Positions 50,103 to 60,433 of a stretch of 64,000 bases of DNA are shown here, piece by piece (positions within the stretch are counted from its first letter, which is position 1; each line of letters begins with the position of its first letter). Origin of the DNA: a virus (Duplodnaviria > Caudoviricetes). Location: positions 1,213 through 65,212 of IMG/VR virus record IMGVR_UViG_3300021135_000011, one strand, 5' to 3'. Both the position numbers and the translations under genes were made by a program. The notes under the pieces are model-generated. The model was not told where the DNA came from, did not search any database, and worked only from the letters and a program-made list of their open reading frames with translations.

Positions 50103-50744
50103 ATGGAAAATGAAGAAATTTTACAAAAATGTAGTATTTGTTACAAAGAAAAGCCATTAGAGTGTTTTCACAAATCTAAAGTATTTAAAACGGGTCATGA
50201 AACCAGGTGTAAGGCTTGTAAAGCTTTAACTTTACGATTAAGTAAAGATAATTTAACAAAAGAAGAATTTGAAGAGGCATCTAGTTCTTTTTTAAATCAC
50301 TATTATAGAAATTGGGATAGATATAGACAGCGAGCTAACGAACTAAATGCTATTGTTGATGAGAATGGATTTAATAGACAACAAAGAAATAATATATTAA
50401 AATATGGTATAACCCCAGAAGAATATTTAGAAATGCTTAATACACAAGATGGAAAATGTTCTATTTGTGGTAATAAAGAAGCTGGAGTACTTAATAATAC
50501 ATTAAAAAGATTGGCTATTGATCATGATCATGAAACTGGACAAATTCGAGATTTACTGTGCTCTAAGTGTAATACCGCTTTAGGATTATTAAATGAGGAT
50601 TTAGATTTAATATATAAATTTATAAACTATATTAATAAACATAAACAAAGGTGTAAAGATGTACCAGAGTCTATTAAATATACAAAATTTCAAGATCATT
50701 ATGATAAGAAAAAGAAAAATAAAGAAAAAAATAAAACAACATAG
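50103..50744 (+). CDS. Endonuclease VII-family homing endonuclease
   Basis: CSIC...CKAC N-terminus; KYGITPEEY, QDGKCSIC, LAIDHDHETGQIRDLLCSKCNTALG. Confidence 0.9.
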   Translation: MENEEILQKCSICYKEKPLECFHKSKVFKTGHETRCKACKALTLRLSKDNLTKEEFEEASSSFLNHYYRNWDRYRQRANELNAIVDENGFNRQQRNNILKYGITPEEYLEMLNTQDGKCSICGNKEAGVLNNTLKRLAIDHDHETGQIRDLLCSKCNTALGLLNEDLDLIYKFINYINKHKQRCKDVPESIKYTKFQDHYDKKKKNKEKNKTT

Positions 50745-50762
50745 CTATGAATTTAAATATTA

Positions 50763-51220
50763 GTGAATATACAGGAGAAGATACGATTGCATTTGCAAAT
50801 TATTTTTTTGAAATACAAAATAATGAAAATACAATTAATACAAAATCTGATCAAGAAATTTTACAGGACTGGTTACAAATATGCAATAATACTTAATAAA
50901 TGGCTTCAACCAAAATGTGACTCATGTGGAATTAATACTAAACATAGATATTGTATTGAAGAATTTACAGAATCAGGATTTTATATATGTGAACAATGTA
51001 AAAATAAAAAATAATGGAAGACGCATTAATAATATGTGATAGATTAAGGAAATATCTAGGTGCAAATCCAGAAATTCGTTTTGGACAGGCATTATTTAAT
51101 TTAGGTATAAATCAATTTGCAGAAATCCAATCCCCAAAAACATATAATCAAGATTTACATTTACGGGATATTTACAATGATTCAGATATAGAAATATTAA
51201 AACGAATAAATAACGGCTGA
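50763..51220 (+). other. Two small hypothetical CDS (50763, 51014)
   Basis: ORF track; Zn ribbon in the first, NPEIRFGQAL in the second. Confidence 0.55.
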
Positions 51221-51336
51221 TTTTGATATTATTTTTGAATCTATTTTATATTTAGCTAAATATAAAAATTTCAATATAGTTCAATTTCTACAAGAAAAAT
51301 TAGAAGAATTAATAAAAATCGAGGAGGATAGAAATC

Positions 51337-52404
51337 GTGGGATTATTTGAAACTACAATGGCTGATATAATAGCTAAAAAAGAACGAAAAGAGAAGGGAT
51401 TACACAACTCCGTGCCATTTCCATTTTCTAGGTGGCTGCATAGTGTAGACGGATTTGATCCAGGAACTTACTATCAAATTCTCGGAGGAACAAATACTGG
51501 TAAATCAAAACTAAAACGATATTTTATTTACAAAATTGCAGAATTTGCATTTGAAACAGGATATCAGGTTAAAGTGTTAGATTTCAGTCTTGAGGACGAT
51601 CGTAAAGAAGTATATAAGAAAACAATGAGCCACTATTTATGGAAGCATCATAAAGAAGATTTAGGTCTTAAATATATGAATTCTCGTGAATCACCTCTAA
51701 ATCAAAAGTATATTGATTTATTACAGCAAGATTCTGGATTTTTTAATGAATATGATCAAATTGTAAATGTGATCAATGGAGCTACTAGTCCAGACGAGAT
51801 ATTTAATATCTGTAAAAGGGCACATGATAAGTGGGGTAGCACTCATCAGATCATAACCTTCGTTGACAACATATCAAATATTACCAAAGATCCCCAAGAT
51901 TCAAATGAATTCGAGGCGATCAAACGTTGGAGTCGTAATATAGCCCGTTTAAAGCTCTGTAAGGAGATGCAAATGACTATTGTGGATATTATGCAATTGG
52001 ATTTTGATAGTGAAAAATTTGCCCATAGAAATGCAAATAAAGGTACTATTGCAAGTGTAGAGCCATCGCTATCCAGCATTGGGGACTCAAAAATTTCTGC
52101 CAGAAATTCGCATGTTATAATGGCACTTTTTAGTCCCAACAGGTATGATATTCACCAATACCCAAACTCTGACGGATATAATATTGATGTACTTAGGGAT
52201 AACTTCAGGTCTTTGCTAATGTTGAAAAATTCGCACGGAGAACTTGGTGGTAGACTTCCATTACTGTTTGACGGAAAACATGAAAATTTCGATGAATTAC
52301 CTAGATTAGAAGATAGAGATGCGCTAGATAAGATATATCGAGAGATAGTGGAAACAGAGAAGCAAAAATTAGCTAAGTATGGATCACAAAAATCAATGTT
52401 TTAA
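51337..52404 (+). CDS. DnaB/RecA-like replicative helicase
   Basis: GGTNTGKSK, FSLED, FVDNI, IMQL, GDSK, LFSPNRY, MLKNSHG. Confidence 0.85.
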   Translation: MGLFETTMADIIAKKERKEKGLHNSVPFPFSRWLHSVDGFDPGTYYQILGGTNTGKSKLKRYFIYKIAEFAFETGYQVKVLDFSLEDDRKEVYKKTMSHYLWKHHKEDLGLKYMNSRESPLNQKYIDLLQQDSGFFNEYDQIVNVINGATSPDEIFNICKRAHDKWGSTHQIITFVDNISNITKDPQDSNEFEAIKRWSRNIARLKLCKEMQMTIVDIMQLDFDSEKFAHRNANKGTIASVEPSLSSIGDSKISARNSHVIMALFSPNRYDIHQYPNSDGYNIDVLRDNFRSLLMLKNSHGELGGRLPLLFDGKHENFDELPRLEDRDALDKIYREIVETEKQKLAKYGSQKSMF

Positions 52405-52640
52405 GATATGCAAAATAAAATAAGTAAAGATTTAGTAAGAAATACTAGACAAAGAACTACACATAGAGGTGCTTGTCTAGATAAAAGAAGCGATAAATGG
52501 GTTGCGTTTTTAGATTTTAAAACACCTGCAGGTAAAAATATTCATTTGCATTTAGGATTTTTTGATACAGCAGATGAAGCAGTTAATGCAAGAAAATTAT
52601 ATATTTTAAGTTTATTGTAAAATCAATGTTTTAAAATATG
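52389..52640 (+). repeat. 22-nt direct repeat flanking the AP2 gene
   Basis: aaaatcaatgttttaaGatatg (52389-52410) and aaaatcaatgttttaaAatatg (52619-52640). Confidence 0.85.
52408..52620 (+). CDS. Stand-alone AP2-domain DNA-binding protein
   Basis: HRGACLDKRSDKWVA...HLGFFDTADEAVNAR. Confidence 0.85.
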   Translation: MQNKISKDLVRNTRQRTTHRGACLDKRSDKWVAFLDFKTPAGKNIHLHLGFFDTADEAVNARKLYILSLL

Positions 52641-52808
52641 GAAGAAGATATAGAAAAAATAAAACTAGATGCAAAAAGATGGAATGAATTAGAAGCATAT
52701 GTTGATAAAACTTTTATAAATGGTGGGAGTGAGATGGATGATATTGGGGCATATGTTTGTTGGTTATTTGGATACGATGTTTAAATTTAAAAATTAAAAC
52801 GCAAAATC

Positions 52809-52991
52809 ATGAGTAAGAAAATTTATGAAGATGAGCAATTCCCACAAGATGAAAATTGGGATGAAATAGACGAAGATATGTCTCCAAAAAATGGAAAAGA
52901 TCTTGCAGAATTTGAAAAATATTTACAGCAAGCCGCATTTAATTTAGATATTTTAGATGAAGATGAATATGAAGAAGATGTCTTTGATTAA
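52809..52991 (+). CDS. Highly acidic small protein
   Basis: D/E-dominated 60 aa. Confidence 0.6.
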   Translation: MSKKIYEDEQFPQDENWDEIDEDMSPKNGKDLAEFEKYLQQAAFNLDILDEDEYEEDVFD

Positions 52992-53014
52992 GAAAAGATA
53001 AATATTTTGAAATA

Positions 53015-53046
53015 GTTGTTGAATTGAATAAAGAGTTGTAACTTTG
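53015..53046 (+). promoter_or_regulatory. Bacteroidota-type promoter GTTG-N20-TAACTTTG
   Basis: -7 consensus at 53039-53046 upstream of the AAA gene. Confidence 0.65.
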
Positions 53047-53071
53047 TGTAAAGAAAAGAGAGAAGAGATAT

Positions 53072-53848
53072 ATGGGAGCAGTTTCAGTTTTGTGCCTCGG
53101 TCAATCGGGAAGTGGTAAATCAACCTCAATAGGTAATATACCGGAGTTAGGAATAAAAGGTCTTGATCCAAAAGAGACTATAATTATTAATGCTTTAGGT
53201 AAAGACTTGCCTTGGCGTGGTAGTAAGAAACAATATACAACTTGGTCTAAAACAGATAATCCGAAAGGTAATTTGATATTTACTTCACATCCAAAAGAAA
53301 TATTGGGTTGGCTTAAATATGTGAATGAAAATCGTCTTGATATCACTAATATCGTGATTGATGACTCAACACATACTTATAGTATGGAGTTTATAAGACG
53401 TATTGGAGAGAATGGTTGGGAAAAATTTAATGATATTAGTTATTATATGGTTACTATAGCTAATGAAGTTAAAAAATTTAGAGATTCCCTTACTATATTT
53501 TTCATGCATCACGTAAAAACTGACGGCGACGATATATTATCTCCAAAAACCGTTTCTGCACAAACTATAGGAAATGTTGTAGACTCTAAAATGTCTAGCT
53601 ATGAATCATTTTTTACAATAGTTTTATTAGCTGAAAAGAAGTTAGAAGGAGAAGATATTAAATATCATTTTTTAACAGAAGCCGCAAATACAACAGTAAA
53701 GGCACCAGTGGGGATGTTTCCTTCTCGCGAGATTCCAAATGATTTAGGTTATGTGAAGGATATGATTCATTGTTATTATAATGATGAAGATTGTCAAAAA
53801 GAAGAAGAAAAACCAGTTAAAGCTAAAAGAAAAGAAATAGTAGAATAA
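53072..53848 (+). CDS. AAA_24/Sak4-like ATPase
   Basis: GQSGSGKSTS, IVIDD, FFMHH, KAPVGMF, IPNDL. Confidence 0.85.
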   Translation: MGAVSVLCLGQSGSGKSTSIGNIPELGIKGLDPKETIIINALGKDLPWRGSKKQYTTWSKTDNPKGNLIFTSHPKEILGWLKYVNENRLDITNIVIDDSTHTYSMEFIRRIGENGWEKFNDISYYMVTIANEVKKFRDSLTIFFMHHVKTDGDDILSPKTVSAQTIGNVVDSKMSSYESFFTIVLLAEKKLEGEDIKYHFLTEAANTTVKAPVGMFPSREIPNDLGYVKDMIHCYYNDEDCQKEEEKPVKAKRKEIVE

Positions 53849-54017
53849 TGGAAGATACAATTACTATAAGTAAAAAGGAGTATAATTTATTAATTGAAAA
53901 TTATTTATTATTATCTTGTTTACAAGAATTTGGTGTAGATAATTGGGAAGGTTATTCAAAAGTAGTCGAAGAATATAGAAATAGAAGTAAAATAATTGAA
54001 AATTAAAAACAAATCAT

Positions 54018-54653
54018 ATGAGTGGAAATAACAATGTGGCACATAGAAGTGCAGAAAATGAAATGATGGATTTTGGAAAGATTAGTATTCCTGAGCGTAC
54101 AGAATATGTAAGTATGGGTAATTATTGGATGCATGTTGAATCTGCAAAATTTATAAAACCTACTGAAAATAATAAGGAGGGTAAGCTTAAATGTCCTTAT
54201 TTAGAAGTATTATTTTTAGGAAAGAGTGGGCAATTAACAGAGAAGTTCTATGTTAGTCCTGCAGAAGGTCTTATGAAGAGATTGCAATATTTGCATTTTG
54301 CGCTTACAGGAAAAGAATGTACCAAAGCATTTAAATCTGTAGATGAGGTAGGTAAATATTATGAAACACTCCTGAATGATTCACGTATTACCCAAAAGAA
54401 ACTTGCAATGATAGTTGCAGGACAAGAAAGTGCTAATGGGAAAATTTATGGGCAATTACCTTATCTACATTTCATTATAGATACAGATTTAGCAAATAAG
54501 AGTGGATTTGAAGAAGGTAAATGGGAAGAAGGTAGTGCAAATTGGAATAATTTTCTGAAGAAATTGGATAAAAACCCAAGTCACGAAACAGAAGATATTA
54601 TTTTGAGAGCTTCTGCACAAGTTCCTGATGTTTCGGATGATCTTCCGTTTTAG
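54018..54653 (+). CDS. Putative ssDNA-binding protein
   Basis: Acidic C-terminus VSDDLPF; follows the AAA ATPase. Confidence 0.65.
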   Translation: MSGNNNVAHRSAENEMMDFGKISIPERTEYVSMGNYWMHVESAKFIKPTENNKEGKLKCPYLEVLFLGKSGQLTEKFYVSPAEGLMKRLQYLHFALTGKECTKAFKSVDEVGKYYETLLNDSRITQKKLAMIVAGQESANGKIYGQLPYLHFIIDTDLANKSGFEEGKWEEGSANWNNFLKKLDKNPSHETEDIILRASAQVPDVSDDLPF

Positions 54654-54795
54654 AATGGTAATTATATAATAAAAATAATAAATTTGTTATAGCAGGTCGA
54701 GTAAGGACGTAAATATAGGGTATCGTGCAATCAGATCAAAATATCATATATAACCTACTTTTTTTAATCAAGTAACCAATTAAAATTTAAATATT

Positions 54796-54933
54796 ATGGC
54801 AGATAAGAAATCAACTGCAAAAATTAATCCAAAAGTGACTGCTTCAAAGAGTCCAACACCTTCTAAGACTAATAATCTTAATGAAAAAGGTAAAGTAATG
54901 CCAAAAGCAGGTAAGGGTGGTAAAATGTGCTAA
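54796..54933 (+). CDS. 45-aa Lys-rich peptide ending KAGKGGKMC
   Basis: A-rich leader, ATG...TAA, terminator directly after; below the track cutoff. Confidence 0.6.
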   Translation: MADKKSTAKINPKVTASKSPTPSKTNNLNEKGKVMPKAGKGGKMC

Positions 54934-54967
54934 GAAAATCTAAATAATAATAGTAGATAAAATATGT

Positions 54968-55007
54968 AAACGGTGTGGGTGTAAAATCCTGCACCGTTAT
55001 TTTTTTT
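54968..55007 (+). terminator. Rho-independent terminator
   Basis: aacggtgtgggt-gtaaa-atcctgcaccgtt followed by a T-run. Confidence 0.8.
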
Positions 55008-55393
55008 AAAATATTTTATGAAAAAACTCATTTTGAATATAGTTTTTTGGGTTCCATTTTTTGGTATTTTTGTTGCGCTACATTTAGAAAATAGAACAGG
55101 AACTATAGAAAAACTTTTAGTAAACGCAATGCATCATGCTTATTGTATGATTATTATTATAGGATATATATTTTTTTAATTGGAAATCTACATTAATTTG
55201 GCCAAGTCAGAAAATAAAGACTAAATATTTTAATATATATGTATTTGGTTATGTAATTTCTATAAAACTTAAAAATTATGAGTAATGAAGAAACTACAAT
55301 TTGTCTTTTAATATCTATGGGATATTTTAGAGAAAATAAAGAAGATTATAAAAAGATTGCACTATATAAAAAATTTTTAAAAATTTTAAATAA

Positions 55394-56419
55394 ATGCAAG
55401 AGTTAGATTTTAGTAAAATAAGTGTAAAAATACCGCTTACACCTGAATACATCCTATCTAAAATAGATCAAATAGCGATAATGATGTATTATTTGGGATC
55501 TTTTAAAATAGGAAAGGCATTTAATTCACCTTTTAGAAAAGATGATTTAGCAAGTGCGGGAGTATTTATACATACTAATGGAACACTTCTTTTTAAAGAT
55601 TTTAAAACTTCTGAGGTATTAAATTGTTTTCAGGTAGTAAAAAAGAAATGCAATTGTAATTTTGCAGGGTGTCTACAAATTATTGCAGAAGATTTTGGAT
55701 TATTAAATAGACAATCAAGAATTCCTAAGAGTTTTTATAAAGAATTAGAAGACTTAGATAAAGAAATTAAGAAGGAAACTCTAATACAATTTGAGCCAGA
55801 ACCTTGGACTAGAAAAAATAGTTTATTTTGGAGGCGAGGGGATATTACTATAGAAGAATTAAATGCCTCAGGAGATATTTTTTACACAAAAACGCTTTAT
55901 ATAAATCATCAAGAAATATATAACCCTAATAAATTTCATAGATATGCTTATGTGCAAAAATGTGAAATAAAAAATAAAATAGAATCTCGTGTAAAGGTAT
56001 ATAGTCCTCAGGATAATAAAATGAAGTTTGTTTCTAGTATACCTTTAGGGTGTATGGGTGGCATATTTGATTTACCTAAAAAAGATGATAGAGTATTTAT
56101 TTTAAAAAGTCGAAAGGATGCATTAGTTGCCCAAAAATTTTTTACAGATGTTTGTTGGACAAATAATGAATCTTTACAGGCATTTCCAGATGCAATACAA
56201 AAAAGACTTTTAGGTGAATATAAAGAAGCATATATAGTGTATGGGAGTGATCCACACGCAGTTGAGGTGTCAAAAAAGCTTACAGAAAGAGGCTTTAAAT
56301 ATTTTAATACTTATAAATCAGACTATGAAAAGTATAAGTGTGAAGATTTATTTGATATTTCTACTATGTTTGGAATAGACGAAGTTAAAGTGCAATTAAA
56401 AAGTAAAAACTTAATATAA
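55394..56419 (+). CDS. DNA primase (crAss-type, TOPRIM)
   Basis: SPFRKD, FKDF, ILKSRKDALV, NNES; TOPRIM DxD reads YGSD here. Confidence 0.8.
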   Translation: MQELDFSKISVKIPLTPEYILSKIDQIAIMMYYLGSFKIGKAFNSPFRKDDLASAGVFIHTNGTLLFKDFKTSEVLNCFQVVKKKCNCNFAGCLQIIAEDFGLLNRQSRIPKSFYKELEDLDKEIKKETLIQFEPEPWTRKNSLFWRRGDITIEELNASGDIFYTKTLYINHQEIYNPNKFHRYAYVQKCEIKNKIESRVKVYSPQDNKMKFVSSIPLGCMGGIFDLPKKDDRVFILKSRKDALVAQKFFTDVCWTNNESLQAFPDAIQKRLLGEYKEAYIVYGSDPHAVEVSKKLTERGFKYFNTYKSDYEKYKCEDLFDISTMFGIDEVKVQLKSKNLI

Positions 56420-56420
56420 G

Positions 56421-58064
56421 ATGCTACAAAAAGAAATATTAGAATACGAAGAAACAATAACTTTCCTAAAAGAGCAGATAGAATTACGGGATAAAGAAAT
56501 AGCTAAATTAGAAGGTATAAATAAAATAAAACAAGCTCAAATAGATGCTCAAGGTAAGATTCTACTTAGACAGAATATTCAATTGCGCCACCAAAATTTT
56601 ACAAGTGCAAGTAATTTACCTGTAATAGTAAGTCAAATAGATAATGCAACAGTAGATGCAATTTGGGAAGAGCATAATAAAGGAGAATTAGGAGAAGTAC
56701 CTAACATAGAATTTTTAGAAGAATTTAATAAATCTATGGAAATAGTAGACGGTAATATTGCAAAAGATTAAAAATTTTTAGAAAATGCAAAAAAAAATTT
56801 CAACATAAAGTAAGAAAAATAATTGCAACACCTTGGGATAATGTTTATTATAGAATAGACGGAGAACATAATTTAGTCCCAAAATGGATGATTGAAAACT
56901 CAAATGATTGGGAAGAAATAATAGAAAAGAAATATCACTTTACTACTTCCGACGGAGTTCCAATATTTGAAGGGGATTATTGGTGGTGGGTTAATCAACA
57001 ATTTTCAATTTACAATTTTTTAGTTAGTAAATTCGGAGGAAATTGCAATGATACACGGTTTGCATTCTCCACTGAAAAATTAGCACGAGATTATATATTA
57101 GAAAATAAACCAATATTTACAATGCAAAATATAAAAGCAATTTTAGGAAATAATATTGCAATTTCTACAGATAAAGTAAAACAAGATTTTTTATTTTATA
57201 CACAACAAAAATTAGGTTATGATAAATGAAATAGATTATAAGATATTAATATGTGCCTATCCAAGTGGATTTGAATATAAATTAGATGAAACAAAAAATG
57301 AGTTTAGAAGCCCCACATTTAATATACCCTATACATATAAGAAACAAATGACGTATCTTACACGATCTTTTAATCCTTGTTTTATTAAATCAATAAAAAG
57401 ACTTAAAGATGGTGCAATTTTTACAATAGGTGATCAAATAGGAAATAAAGATTTTGATGTAGTATATAATGTTATTCCATTTCAGATTTTAAGTATAGAA
57501 ATGGGAGTGGGGTTTGTAAAATTAAAAGGAAATCAACAATCGGTTTTATTACAAGATGCAACTTTTCTATTAAAAAATTCTGAAAAAACGCAAATAAAAG
57601 AAGAACAACCAATTAAAATAAGTAAAAATGTGAAGAAAGTAGAAGAATATATAGATAAGGATAACAACATATATACATTATCAGAAGATGAAACTTATTA
57701 TTCAATAGTAGGACAAATGAGTAGATTTTCTGAAAATGCATTAAAATTGTTTTGCACTCCTTACGATGAAACTAAAGATGGTAAAAAATCTAAAACAACT
57801 AAAAAAGATAAAGAAATGAAAGTTTCAGTTAAAGCAGGTAAAGTAAGACCAATTAAGATTGGTGATTTAGTATATAATAAAAAAAGTAAATATATTGGTA
57901 TATTAGCTGGAAACGGTAACGTTGGAGCTATAGCTAAAATTTTTGTTTTGCACGTAGAAAATCCCAAAAACCACACTACAATTGCACCGTTTAAATATTT
58001 AGATACAAATCCTTTAGATTGTGAATTATTTGAAGGAGAAATAATTTTAAATAATGACAAATAA
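56421..58064 (+). other. Hypothetical CDS (56421 coiled coil, 56888, 57219)
   Basis: ORF track; FTTSDGVPIFEGD and IKSIKRLKDGAIFTIGD motifs. Confidence 0.6.
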
Positions 58065-58070
58065 ACACAT

Positions 58071-58523
58071 ATGCAAACAACAACAAACACAAAAAAACTT
58101 TTACAGATAGATGGGGATACTAAATATATCCTCATCTGTTGTTTTGGTTCGCTTCGTAAGAATTTCGGATCAAATTATGACAGGTATTTAAAAAATAAAA
58201 GTCAATGGCTTGGGCAAATTAGAACTAAGCCTGAATATAAAATGCTATCTATGGGTACTTATCCTGTAGTAGTAAAAGGTACAAAATCAATTATATGTGA
58301 TGTATTTAAGATTTCTTCTAATAGAGTATTGCAAGATATATTTACTTTAGAGGGTATTTGTGAAAATTGTGAATCAAATGCACATAAATTACAAAAAATC
58401 TTAACAGAATTTGGTGAAGCATATATATTTTTAGACGAGAATATAGATATAAAACACGGGATATTGGTTAATGAAGGTGACTGGTTTAAAAGACCTCTTA
58501 TTAGAAAAACTTTACAATTTTAA
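58071..58523 (+). CDS. Gamma-glutamylcyclotransferase (AIG2/GGCT-like)
   Basis: FGSLRK, SMGTYP, DVFKI, LEG, GDW. Confidence 0.8.
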   Translation: MQTTTNTKKLLQIDGDTKYILICCFGSLRKNFGSNYDRYLKNKSQWLGQIRTKPEYKMLSMGTYPVVVKGTKSIICDVFKISSNRVLQDIFTLEGICENCESNAHKLQKILTEFGEAYIFLDENIDIKHGILVNEGDWFKRPLIRKTLQF

Positions 58524-58527
58524 AAAA

Positions 58528-59724
58528 ATGAGCACAACACAACAACAAATAAAGGTATATGACAATGTAATAATAAAACCAACAGGCACACTATTTTCAC
58601 AGATGTCTTCAGAAATGAATCTATTTAGAACTAAAAAGATTTATGGTATAGTGTTGTCTGCAATTTGCCCGGTAGGTATGGCAGGTTATAACTCTACTAA
58701 TTGGTCAATTTCGGTGCAATTTCTAAAAGATAGCAACTACCAAAAAACCTATAATGTTAAGCAGGCAGATTTAGAAATTGTTTCTACTAAAGACCTAGAA
58801 AAACTAAAAAAGATTACTGAAGAGTATTTAAAAGACTTTGGTAAAAAAGATGAAGGCTTAATATCCGCATTAAAAACACCTGCAAAAGGTGATTATTCTA
58901 AAATAGATGTAAATGCAAATTTGTTTGAAAAATTTAATAAAATTTTATTAACAAATAGAGTATTTGCTTGTAAAACACAAATAGATTGGAAAACAGGTAA
59001 ACATAATTCAGATTGGACTTCTGTAGAAGGTAAACAAGATTGCGGATGGTATGCATGTTGCTGTGATTATCTAAAAACAACAAAAGATGTAATATTTTAT
59101 ATACCTGAGTATTATTTAAATTTATATGGTTATACTGTTTATGATTTACATAAATGGTTGCAGTTTTTAGAAAATTGTCAAATAGATTTTAATTATATAT
59201 TAGAAGGTGAGTGTACATTTCCCGAACAGTATAAGTATAGATTAAGTGATACGGAAAGACACTCTAAAGAACCTTATAGTTTATATTTACACACAAATGA
59301 AATAAGGCCAAATTTAAATACAAAGTTTATTGAAATAAAAATGAAAAATCCTGGTGCAGCTTGGCATAACCATTTACATGTAATTTGTCTTAGGTATATA
59401 CATAGTCAATGGCATTGGTTTATTCCTGCTTTAGCTATGCAAATAAAAGATGCATTAGGTAAAAAAGTTTCTAATTGGGAAGCTTTAATGATGGCGCATT
59501 TTCACAAAGATATGTTACAAACTAATGATAGATCTTTAACGTATCGCAATAAATTTCACAATTGCTTTGTTTCACCAAAAACTATTGTAACAAACATAAT
59601 AAGTAATAGTTCAATGCAAAGAAGTTTTGTATATATTGAATCAAGAAATAAAGATTTGCCAAAATGCCAAGAATTTATAGAAAAAAAAGATTTTGAAGGT
59701 TTATATAATTTTATAAAAAAATAA
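58528..59724 (+). CDS. Hypothetical protein of the ligase cluster
   Basis: ORF track (probable start MSTT); YACCCDY, CLRY. Confidence 0.6.
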   Translation: MSTTQQQIKVYDNVIIKPTGTLFSQMSSEMNLFRTKKIYGIVLSAICPVGMAGYNSTNWSISVQFLKDSNYQKTYNVKQADLEIVSTKDLEKLKKITEEYLKDFGKKDEGLISALKTPAKGDYSKIDVNANLFEKFNKILLTNRVFACKTQIDWKTGKHNSDWTSVEGKQDCGWYACCCDYLKTTKDVIFYIPEYYLNLYGYTVYDLHKWLQFLENCQIDFNYILEGECTFPEQYKYRLSDTERHSKEPYSLYLHTNEIRPNLNTKFIEIKMKNPGAAWHNHLHVICLRYIHSQWHWFIPALAMQIKDALGKKVSNWEALMMAHFHKDMLQTNDRSLTYRNKFHNCFVSPKTIVTNIISNSSMQRSFVYIESRNKDLPKCQEFIEKKDFEGLYNFIKK

Positions 59725-59725
59725 T

Positions 59726-60328
59726 ATGGAAGTTTTAGAAAGACAACAAATTAAAAATTATACACTTGGTAGCGATGTAGAATATTTTTTACAAGATAAA
59801 AATACTGAAGCAATAGTAACTGCTGAAGGAAAAATAAAAGGTACAAAGCATGAACCATTTCGATTTGATGCAGAAAATAAATATTTTGCAACTAGTTTAG
59901 ATTGTGTTTTAGCTGAAGGTAATATCCCACCTTGTAAAACACCAGGAGAATTCTATTTAGCAATTCAGAAACTTCTAAGATATATTAATGGAACTATTCC
60001 AAATCACTTAGAGGCAATAGCAATTCCTGCTGCAAGAATGGCAGAAGAAGAATTAGTTTCTGATACTGCAAAAGAGTACGGATGTATGCCTTCAATAAAC
60101 TGTTGGACACTTGCCGAAATTAGACCTATTCCAAGTGGTGATAACTGTCGCGCGGCAGGATTCCACATTCATATAGGATATGATGAACCAAATTCTAAAA
60201 TGAATTTGCAATTAATTAAAGCAATGGATTTATTTTTAGGAATACCAAGTGTTTTAATAGAACCAGAAAATGAAAGGAAGTCTGTAGGTTATGGTTGCGC
60301 TGGAAATTTTAGGGAGTGCCACTATGGT
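59726..60328 (+). CDS. phiEco32-like COOH-NH2 ligase type 2, exon 1
   Basis: LGSDVEYF, KGTKHEP, AEGNIPP, GCMPS, RAAGFHIHIGY, MDLFLG, YGCAGNFRECHYG. Confidence 0.88.
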
Positions 60329-60378
60329 AGAGAAATAAAAAACACATATAGTTTAAATTAGTAGTTTTTATTGATTAA

Positions 60379-60410
60379 TTTGGTAAATTCAAAAAGTTTT
60401 TGTATATTTT
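60379..60410 (+). promoter_or_regulatory. Intron-internal promoter TTTG-N20-TATATTTT
   Basis: tttg 60379-60382, tatatttt 60403-60410, upstream of the LAGLIDADG ATG. Confidence 0.7.
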
Positions 60411-60433
60411 ATTATACATAGACTTTTAACCGA

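Noticed and set aside
54685-54760. tRNA-like start gcaggtcgagtaagg
   Set aside because: Could not build anticodon and T arms; only a weak gttata/tataac pairing
59726-60361. 211-aa stand-alone ORF and separate 61565..61762 ORF
   Set aside because: They are exon 1 with intron read-in and exon 2 of one gene
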